64,000 bases of DNA, from contig OZ025654.1 of assembly GCA_964019335.1 (NCBI GenBank), positions 310,001-374,000 of the forward strand, written 5' to 3'. Under the pieces are notes generated by a model. That model saw nothing but the letters and a program-made list of their open reading frames with translations. It did no database searches and had not been told where the DNA came from. Shown in pieces: positions 55,529-64,000 of this stretch. The position numbers and the translations under genes were made by a program. Numbering within the stretch: position 1 is the stretch's first letter; each line of letters opens with the position of its first letter. Source of the stretch: Diplonema japonicum (Eukaryota; Protista; Euglenozoa: Diplonemea).

Positions 55529-58500
55529 TTATTGAGATGTAAGGCATTGTGCAGACCCCGATTTTGATTTCCGCAGCCCTCTTGGGGACCTTGGGTTCGC
55601 CCTGCGGCTTATCGAATTCTTCCGCATGCTCTCCTTAGAACGACGTGCCTCCTGACGTGACTTCAGCTCCTGAGCAAGCACCTCTGCAGAATTCCGTTCG
55701 TCAGACGTGCACCTCTGCACCATCTCAGGAAGAAGCGGGTGCACCTCACTAAGCGGCTTACCCCCCAACGGACGGAATGACGCAATGTACAAAGACTTAT
55801 TCTGCGGGGTTTGCAATTCATTGATCTCCAAACTAATTGGAATCACCCTTCCGTACTTTGATAGAACCACAGTAGCTCGTGGGTTGCCGAAGAAAGAATG
55901 CGAGACGCGGGTGTAAACATTTCTCAAAGTCTCAGGGTGGTAGGCCCTGTGTGGCTGCGGGACCAGCAACGAAACCGGCTCATAAAGCACCTCGTCCTCT
56001 CGGTACCGAAGAACATCTAAGCATAGTTCGTTGCAGTAGATGATTTCACCGTTTAACGATGTCGCCACGATGCAGTTCCTGCCGGATTCGAACACGGCAG
56101 CCATCTCTTCGCTGACTCCTCCTTTGAATGAGAATGCGAGTTTTTTCTTTTTCGCGGTTTCGTAAAGCTCGAACCTGGTGATGAACCAGCCCCCTTCGCT
56201 CGTCGGAACGTTGGTGACACCCACGACCTTTGCCATCTCGATGGTGTCGGTCCCTGTTTTGAAGGATGTCCGCCGCTCATCGTCCTCATGAAACTCCACC
56301 TCCCCGCCTTGGATGATCCGCATTAAAGGACGTTCGGGGTTTTCGTCTGTAACGTAGTTTGAGATGTGTTTGTCCATCGCCTCGTCGATCTGTTGTGTTA
56401 AAAGGAAAGAAAAAAAGAAAAATTTGATAAATTTCGGTGTGCGGGTGGGTGCTCACCGTTCAGGGAGAAATTCACACTAATCGGTCACCGTTCTGCGGTT
56501 GCTGTCTGGTGCCTGCAGTGGCTGTTTGTCGCGATGAGATGGACGGCATCTGGGCGAGAAACATTGCTTGGAGTCGTGCTAGGTAGGGGGCGGTTTGGCT
56601 CGAGGAGAAGAGTGGTCTCCTGTCGTAGCCGTGTGTCGTCGGGCCCCCAAGATGTCGAAGGGTGTGTACCCTTGTCTTTGCGTTGGCGGGGAAAGCATTC
56701 TTCCCACTCTTTGCTGTGCATTTCTGAATACGTCCTAAGATGTATCGCATCCTTCCAGCCTTCTCTGTGAGCCAGTCCTGGTCGTCGAGGGGTCCAGCCA
56801 AGGACTGCCGGGTGGCCTGCTCATAGTCTACTGCGAGCTCCATCGTCGTGACGGACGTCAACTTCCTGCCTGCGTACCATCTTAGGCTTTTCAGCCACCT
56901 GAGGACGCTCTTCATGTAGAACATTAGGACCTTTCCCGACGCTCCGTTCGATTTCAACAGCTCCACTGTGGGCACAGTGTGCTGCTTCCCCGTTGTGATC
57001 TCATCCCACGGGTTGGTGGTGAGGATTCTGGTGCTCCGTTCAGCCGCTCTGGCGTCTCGTCTTGTCACGACATCCAACAGGTATCGTTGCACGACTGCCG
57101 CCTGTTGCTTCGCAGCCCCCGTTGCGCCCCTTGGAATGATCCCGTGGAGGGCGGTCACTGCAGGTAGGTCACTTCGTGTCATCCCGCCATATCTTTCGTT
57201 TGTCAGGGCAGCTCTCGCTGGTGCACATTCCCATAGGGCGTGCTCCGTGACTTCTGTCGTCGTCTGGCATCGATGGTCGCAGACGTCGCACGCAAGAGAC
57301 GAGCTTTCCACACCCTCACGTTCATCCAATTGCTTCCCCCACACTCGAGGGTGTACCGTGAACACTGCACCGCTGATGATCCGCCGCAGTCTGTACGATA
57401 TCAGCGGTCTCCGTGACTGGAGCTTCCTCCACCAGGCGTTCGTGGACGGACATGCACCCGCTTCCATTCCAGCAAAAGACGACCTGCCGTGGATCAATTC
57501 CTTTGCAACAGCCGGTCTGATCGCCTGTCTTACTTCATGGCGTCTCGCACTGGGCACCAGAGCGCGCAAACCTTCAATGAAGGACCACCCCTTGTTCAGG
57601 AAGGGTAGCCACCTCTTCAGCAAGACCCCTAGCGGCCCCCTCTCCTCGTCGTCCTCTCGCTCCCGGTACAGTGTAACAATCTCATTGACTCGCTGCCACA
57701 GTTGTGGGGAGGTGAGGCTTTCTCGCACCAGGCAGTTCACCGTGTTGTAAACAATCTTCGCTTGTGGATATGCTGTGTGTCCAGGTAACAGCACATTGAG
57801 CACAGCCATCGGGGATCTCATCCTGAAGCGCGGTCCCCACAGGGAAGTCACCGTCGCTGTACAGAGCTTCTTCAGCTGGTTGTCAGACGGCGCAGCGTAG
57901 GTCGTACCGTATAGACAGGATGGTAGCACAGTGCCCGTCAGCATTGACGCCTTGTTCCCGAAGCTTAATGGCAATGCACCAAGCCGGGACAAACGGCCTT
58001 CGGCGGAATGTAGCTTGTCCAAACTATGTTTCCCGTTCATGTTCAGGATCACGCCAAGCGCCTTGATCCCCTTCGTCACTCTGAACGATGAGCCTGTGCA
58101 CTTCAACCAAGGGCCGATCTCATCCTTCGTCGAGAATGCTTGTGACTTGTTTTCGTTAAGGCGCATGCCTGTCCGCTCGCAAAACTCGATTGTTTTGTTG
58201 GTCGCTCTCTTGAGTACCTCGACCAAACGCGCAAGTAGGTACGCGTCGTCCGCGTACGACAGCGATCGCGAGCCAGGTACCTCAGCAATCACGCACTTCA
58301 CCATCACTGACACCAGAGCGTTCACCAGGATGACGGAGATTGGACACCCTTGGAGAATTCCATTTGTCACGTGGAACTCGGAACCCACGCCAGTAGGGAA
58401 GCGGAAACGTCTTTTGAGGCCTGCGTACATCGCTTTGAGCGGGGTCAGTATCCTCTGGTGCAAACCCAGGTCTTGCATAAGCCCGAACGCTACTTTCTGT

Positions 58501-61500
58501 GGCACCCTGTCGAAGCACTTGACGAAGTCCAGTGCTATGCCGTTAAGAGGGGTGTTGGTCAGCATCGCCGTCTCCAGCTGCGTGCTGAGCTCCATCAGGA
58601 TGCTGTCCGTCCCGTGACGTGGTCGAAAACCATGCTGCGAGTCGTCCGCCCATTTCTCTTGCCATGGCGATATATCACGCAACCTGGCACAGGCCCACAG
58701 TCTGTAGACCGCACTCGTGACTGTGATGGGGCGGTGGTTGAGCGGAGTCCTCTCGCCTCCCTTCGGGATCAGCGTAACCAACGCCGTCAGGAGTGCCTTC
58801 GGCCACTTCCCTGTCACCTCGATGGCGTTGAAGAGCATCGCCCACGCATCCAACAATACATTTGGCATAGCGCGAAGTTCTGCCATCCTCCACCCATCAA
58901 CTCCCGGTGCTGTCCTCGTCGATTTCTTGGCCAGAACTGCTCTCAGATCAGCCCCTGTCAGTGGCTGGAGCACCATGTCATGCGTCGAGATGTATGGCCC
59001 GTATCTAGCCTTGAAAGCCTCGTACGATGGTTCTTCATGCCCTTCACCGTACATCTGGAGCACGCCGTCCCATTCCGCGTGCATCATCCTGTCCATCTCG
59101 TCGAGGTCTGCGGTCAGCACTCCGCCGCTCTCCACTGCCTGCGCCGCTGACGTAGAAGTGTTTTTCACAAAGGCGGTCATCCCCCTCCGCTCCTCCTGGA
59201 ACTGGGTGTTGATCCTCGCCTCGTACTTCTTCTCCCGCTCCACTCTCGTGTCCTTTGCGATCTCGCGTAGTAGCGAGGAGAGGTTGTCGTCTAGCAGTTG
59301 AAGTCTGGTGACAATCGACTCCAGGTCATCCTTCAGCAAGTTCCTATCAAATACTGGAGGGTTCGGCAGTTTCTCCAGCAAACTCAGAGCATTCGCCCAA
59401 GTCTTCAACAGAACTACTGGCATGTTGCACACTTGTCCCTTGTCAATCATCACCTGGATTTCCGCGCTGATGTGTGCAAGCTTCCTCTGCAAACAGGCAA
59501 TCGACTTCTGTCTACCCACCGCTGCGCCCGTGGCTTCCTTTACAGACTTGGCCGACAGGCATTTCTCCCCGCGACGATGATAGGAACATCTCCCAGGGCA
59601 CATCTCATCTCGTTCAGCACCTTGTTCAAAAGTGTCTCACGCTGGTGTTTGCCGTAACTTCCCGAGTGGCAATATACCACAATGAGGTGGAGCCACATGT
59701 CTCGTCCGTCCAAGTTGATTTGACTATCGCCGGCCTGCACCGCTGTACTAGTATGCCGACTCCACCTCTTTGTGCTTTGTCGGGAGCAGCAAGTCCATCG
59801 ACCACGATACCGGGCTGTGGGTTTCCCCACAGCGCACGATACCTGCCGTTGTCCTCAACATGCCTCCCAATCATGTGTTGTCCGTGTGCGGTCAGCTTCA
59901 CTTCCTGCAAGCACGAGATGTCGCTCTCCATGGCCAACACCTCGTCCACCTTATTGCTCAGGGACCCCACATTGAGAGTTGTGATTGTGAGCGAATTGGG
60001 GTCCCTAGCTCCACCCATGAAGATGTCCCTCCGGATGTCTTCATGGCTGGCGTCCCTTCAGTTGAACTCGTCAGGGTCATGTTCGATTGGTAGGATGGGG
60101 GTCATAGTGTTAGCTATGGCCATGTGCACGTCAGGTGTGGCCGCACATGTCGGTGTGCCGCCGGGCAGGTATATCGGTGTCATCGAACCCGTTGCACTCG
60201 TGGGGACAAGGGCACCCGAATGTGCCTTCTTGCTGGTCGTCGTGTCGTCGCATTTCCTCTTCTTGTCCGTGCGCTTCGCAGTCTGGATGTCCTGCTGGAT
60301 AGACTGGACAGTCTTAACCAGCTCGGACACCGCCACAGCCACCGCATCCAACCTCTCGAGACGTGTTGTTACCATCTCCATCTGCCTGCCGAGAGCTTGC
60401 ATGTTCTGCTCCATCGACTTCACTAGCGAGATGGTCGCGGCAGCCTTCCTCTCCATGTCCACCACTCTCGCTTCCATCGCTTTCCTCTCCTGCTCGTGCT
60501 CCAGCTCTTTCTTCCGCGCCCACTCCTCGAAAGCGTCGACAGGCGCCTCCTCCTTGTTTGCGTCCGGCATCGCAGGGTGACCATTGCGGGATGTCACCTG
60601 CAGGCGTCTGCACGTCTTCCCGCGCCCTTCGTTCGTGCTCAGAAGGACCTCAGCCTCCTCGCCGCAGAAGTAGGGGAGACGTCCCCACGAAACGACCGTT
60701 GCAGCCGGCGCGCCCCTTAGCCACTCCGCTGCCAACCGTTCAGAGCCTTGCGGGACAAGGTACACCGCCCGCTCCGGCTGTGTCTCCGCCCCTTCCCACT
60801 CCCGCACGTGCACGGGCCACTCGTCCTCGGCAAGGCATGCGATGATGGCCTTGCGTGCCGGCTTGCCCTGCTCCTTCTTCTTCCCGTCCTTCGCGCCCTC
60901 GCTGCGGATGGGGAGTGGGATCCTCACCGGCGGCACATACGCTGTAGTGGTAGGCATCTTCGAGTCCTCCCCTTTCACCGCGCAGACGTAGTGGCCCTCC
61001 ACATAGCCCAGCCATAGCGTGGCCGTGTCTGGTACCTCATTCCTACTCCCCGGCTCGAAGCAGCTCAGGGTGAGGACGTCATCCCTTACAGCAAAGACAC
61101 AGATCCTGCGTCCCATCACCACGGACATCGTGCTGACCGTCAGCCTGTCCGCCCACGTTCCCGAAAGAGCTACCAGCCTCTGGTACTCCTTCCACGCCGC
61201 AGCCTTCTCCCCTTCCTCCACCATCATGAAGGAGGAGTAGTCCTTCCCCGCCAGATGAGAGGCCACCACCTCCCGCAGCGCCCCCGCCTCGTCCCTCGCG
61301 CCGTGCACCGCGTACGACACCGCTTCGAAGAAGCACTCTCCCTGCCTTCTTCCGGTGTCTATCACCTTCCAACCCTCCAGCCTATTGGCCAGATCCTGCA
61401 CCGCTTCCTTATGAGAGGAAGCCCGCCCAGGAACCGCCGTCGTGGAGGCTCCACCTCGGCCTTGCGGTGGCATTTTTGTCGTCGTGACTTTTGATTATCC

Positions 61501-62482
61501 GAACCCAGTGTTCCCTTGGAAAAAAAAAAAAGCACCATACTGAAAGGTTTAAAAATTTCTGTGCGCCATGGCTCATGGCCTTCACGATGCCTCCATTTGT
61601 TACGGTGATGACGATGTCCCCGTGGCACCATTCTTTTACCTTGTCGTACCTACGTATCATTGATGACGGAAGGGAGGAAATCGACGAGCCTCTACTCGAG
61701 GCGACATCAGAACCTGTATCGCTAGTGTCGTCATCGTCCCGTGGGGAGAGAGGCTGCGTCGAGCGTCGTGGAGACCCATGGTCCCTTGGCAGCGTGGGGG
61801 GTTTTCTAGAAGATGCTTTTGGTGACCGGATTTTCTTTGCAAGCGATGTTTCAGGGTCGGACGACCCGTTTGAAGAGAACGACCCTCGCGACACGGCAGC
61901 AGGTGGTTTATCTGCACTGAGAACCTTCGGCTGAAAGGATGTAATATAAACCACGTACGGGTCCACGTTGATTGCCATCGTGGTCGAGAGTGCTGGCATG
62001 GGAACTGCATCGCGTGGTAACACGCTTACTGCGACATCGAACGCTGGGTCATCTGTGTTTCGTGGTGAGACGAGCTGTTTGTATTCGATGCCGGGGCCTA
62101 TCTTCTCAGATGGGAAGCGGATGAACCTCGAGATAGCATTGCCCACCGTGAATGTAGTTCCATCGTGATTTAAAAGGGTTAACGCCATATTGTTCATATG
62201 AAGACATGACCCATCTGCTTGGAACAGAATCGACGGCATTGGGAACTGGTCCACCAGGCTCACCACCATTTCTATCGTATCGTCTTGAAGGAGCTCCTCT
62301 GCTGGGACGTCGTGTAGCTTCTTCGCTAGAAGTTGTGTTCTGTACATCTTTATCCGCTCCCTCCTCTCCTTTTTCTCAGCAGCCGTTGCTGGCTTGTATC
62401 CATCCTCCGCGTCAGCGACAGGGGTGTCTACATCTTGCTCCTCTTCTTGCGCTGGTGCTGTTTTTGTAGCACCGCAGCCCAT
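55529..62482 (-). CDS. N-myristoylated/palmitoylated triple-PAS-domain protein; join(61541..62482,55529..56389), 600 aa
   Basis: MGCG start; PAS1 (ILFQADGSCLHMNNMA), PAS2 split by the intron (GIVKAMSHGAQKFLNLS|IDEAMDKHISNYV), PAS3 (NGEIIYCN..LVPQPHRAYH..GNPR..SKYGRVIPISL). Confidence 0.8.
60011..60060 (-). promoter_or_regulatory. Candidate stop-codon readthrough signal: in-frame UGA, 7-nt spacer and stem-loop
   Basis: AAC TGA AGGGACG CCAGCCATGAAGA-14 nt-TCTTCATGGGTGG; ORF1 and the APE frame are identical. Confidence 0.55.
60058..61473 (-). CDS. Retrotransposon ORF1 with OTU-like cysteine protease domain (471 aa)
   Basis: Uninterrupted ORF; catalytic Cys (GECFF) and His (GHY) contexts; long heptad coiled coil. 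Confidence 0.8.
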   Translation of the reverse strand: MPPQGRGGASTTAVPGRASSHKEAVQDLANRLEGWKVIDTGRRQGECFFEAVSYAVHGARDEAGALREVVASHLAGKDYSSFMMVEEGEKAAAWKEYQRLVALSGTWADRLTVSTMSVVMGRRICVFAVRDDVLTLSCFEPGSRNEVPDTATLWLGYVEGHYVCAVKGEDSKMPTTTAYVPPVRIPLPIRSEGAKDGKKKEQGKPARKAIIACLAEDEWPVHVREWEGAETQPERAVYLVPQGSERLAAEWLRGAPAATVVSWGRLPYFCGEEAEVLLSTNEGRGKTCRRLQVTSRNGHPAMPDANKEEAPVDAFEEWARKKELEHEQERKAMEARVVDMERKAAATISLVKSMEQNMQALGRQMEMVTTRLERLDAVAVAVSELVKTVQSIQQDIQTAKRTDKKRKCDDTTTSKKAHSGALVPTSATGSMTPIYLPGGTPTCAATPDVHMAIANTMTPILPIEHDPDEFN

Positions 62483-62834
62483 CCCCTTGTTTTCTGAATA
62501 GTTGTGTTTTTTTTTTTTTTTTTTTTTTTTTTTCAATATTTTTTTTTGTTTGAAAATAATAAAAATATAAAAAAAGAAAGTACGAATTTTATTTTCTCTG
62601 ACAAAAAAAAAAAAAAAAAAAAGATAACATGGTAAAAGCTTGTTTTTGGGTTTTTCTTTTCGCTCGAGTAAGGGGAGGGGGAGGGGTTGGCAGCAAGGTT
62701 AAAAACAATGAAAACCGGTCTTGTGCTCCCGGTCGCACCCCGAGGCGCAGTCGAAGTCCACAGGCACTGCAGGTGCTCCTTCGGTACAAGAGGGGCGTTA
62801 ATTCATAAGGGTTCATCGATGCAAGCCATATTTT

Positions 62835-62895
62835 TTGTTTATGCAAACCGTTTTCACCTGCAGTAGGGATGGACGGACAAGCTGTCTCTACTCTT
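62835..62895 (+). mobile_element. AGAGT...ACTCT-family copy lacking the left end
   Basis: TTGTTTATGCAAACCGTTTTCACCT..AGTAGGGAT..GACAAGCTGTCTCTACTCTT matches 47731-47790. Confidence 0.7.
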
Positions 62896-63170
62896 ATGAC
62901 AATTCTTTACACAGCCGGGGGAAAAAAAAAGAAAGAAAAGCAGAAGTACGTCCCTACTCAGCGCAAAAAGAATACAAGTTTATTATTATTATTAAACCAT
63001 ATTGTATTTTGAAAATAAAAAAGAGAATGATTTTTTTTTTTTTCGTTTTCATCACCACACTGAGGTTATTATTTTGTTTCTTTTTTCTAAAAAACTGTTC
63101 AGGGTGGTGGCTTGAGAGGGAGGAGGGTGGGTGTTTATTGTATTTTTTTTTTTTTTGTGCGGGTAGAGTC

Positions 63171-63347
63171 CTAACTTGACCCCTAAGTTTTCGAAATGCT
63201 CAAATTCCGCCCCTACGTTTCCAGAGACTTAGGAAACCTTGGGGACCCGGATCAGAAACCTTTCCCTCTTTAAAGATAGACCTTGAACATTGCTCAAACT
63301 AAGGGGGTGGGTTTTGAGCATTTCTCCGAACTTAGGGGTCAAGTTAG
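63171..63347. mobile_element. MITE-like element (177 bp) with long terminal inverted repeats
   Basis: Perfect 19-nt IR CTAACTTGACCCCTAAGTT / AACTTAGGGGTCAAGTTAG, extending imperfectly to about 45 nt (GAAATGCTCAAA / TTTGAGCATTTC); no clear TSD. Confidence 0.75.
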
Positions 63348-63379
63348 CAGTTTTTCTCTTTTTTTTTTGTTTAGTAATT

Positions 63380-63414
<35 letters not shown>

Positions 63415-64000
63415 TAACCCCCCCTTCGCCGCCTGTTAAACACATGGTGGACAAGGCAACACCCGGTCTACACGGCAGGAAAACAGCCCTAACCTATTGC
63501 TGAAACCGATTGCAACCTATTGCTCGGTTACAGCAATAGGTGTAGGTGTCAAGACAAAGCAGGAGGAGGGGTATTTAATAAAACACATGTTGGACAAGTG
63601 TTCTTCTGTTCTAGGAGGGGGCAAGAAATGTATATTGTGAGAAAATAAAAACAGAACTACACCCCTCTTTCTTTTGTTTTTCTCCAACGCAATTTGAAAA
63701 AGTGCACGGAAGGGGGGGGGGGGGGACTGAACCCTTATTCACCTCAACTTTTTTTCTTCTTTCTTTTGAAAAATATTGTCTAAAAATGCCGGGGGGGTAC
63801 AAATCCGCAGGGGCTTTATAACCCGTAACATTATAACCTTATAACCCGTCCGCCCTTTGTACAGACAAGTCGATGACTCGCTGACAGTTACTTAAGGAGA
63901 GGAGATTCAATAGAAATGTGTAAGCTCATAAACCTCTGCAAATCCCTGAAAGACCTCCGGTTTCTTTTTTGGCTTTTTTCTTTCTGGGGGGGGGGGGGGG

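Larger units (their letters stand above)
56423..61519 (-). mobile_element. Non-LTR retrotransposon, family 2 (ORF1 with OTU protease and coiled coil; ORF2 APE, RT, CCHC); APE partly deleted
   Basis: OTU QGECFF..SGTWAD..LGYVEGHY; APE TLNV, CLQEV, GGVGILV, then broken at IIVAG; RT LDFVKCFD, GILQGCPIS, SYADD; CDVC..EHALWEC; clearly homologous to family 1 across the RT and C-terminus. Confidence 0.92.
56390..61540 (-). other. Spliceosomal intron (5151 nt) almost entirely filled by retrotransposon family 2
   Basis: GTATGG donor at 61540; pyrimidine tract plus ACAACAG acceptor at 56390; the phase-0 join restores a PAS fold. Confidence 0.82.

Noticed and set aside
60058-60060. UGA reassigned to Trp or Sec genome-wide
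   Set aside because: Host genes use TGG for Trp and several end in TGA at conserved C-termini (e.g. GFAT). The downstream AUGA is fully Watson-Crick paired, unlike a SECIS kink-turn.
890-62469. Numerous plus-strand ORFs, some over 250 aa (e.g. 43557..44582, 52503..53297, 59474..60580)
   Set aside because: Antisense shadows of GC-rich minus-strand coding sequence or repeats; no recognisable motifs.
63826-63850. TAACCC-containing micro-repeats suggesting telomeric sequence
   Set aside because: Only two or three imperfect TTATAACC units, not a (TTAGGG)n array.
1-64000. tRNA, rRNA or spliced-leader RNA genes
   Set aside because: No recognisable cloverleaf, rRNA or SL exon sequence seen by eye; a covariance-model search would be needed to exclude small RNAs.

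Overview
Eukaryotic genomic DNA, most likely a euglenozoan of diplomenid/diplonemid type. Evidence: a DUF1935-calpain, GTATG-type splice donors, homopolymer-rich intergenic DNA, and all 17 host genes on the minus strand like a polycistronic cluster, yet with frequent short cis-introns. Host genes: pseudo-cyclase/cyclic-nucleotide-gated channel fusion, DUF1935-calpain-C2, PqiA-like membrane protein with about 19 ShKT-like repeats, repeat-rich F-box membrane protein, DOMON-ferric reductase, GFAT, a mitochondrion-targeted protein, flavin amine oxidase, ankyrin and SHIPPO-like proteins, PPIL2 cyclophilin, amino-acid permease, frameshifted PT-repeat membrane protein, N-acylated triple-PAS protein and three small hypotheticals. 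Mobile DNA: a deleted piggyBac (TIRs and TTAA intact), two related decayed APE-RT non-LTR retrotransposons with several 3'-end remnants, a short AGAGT...ACTCT element family and a long-TIR MITE. The most unusual signal is the retrotransposon family. Copies are co-oriented with the gene cluster and abut sense-strand poly(T) rather than poly(A). One copy sits inside a roughly 54-nt spliceosomal intron, encodes an OTU protease, and joins ORF1 to ORF2 through a single in-frame UGA followed by a strong stem-loop. The sister element has a 2A-like NPGP motif at the equivalent position. All calls are by eye; no database search or folding program was run.
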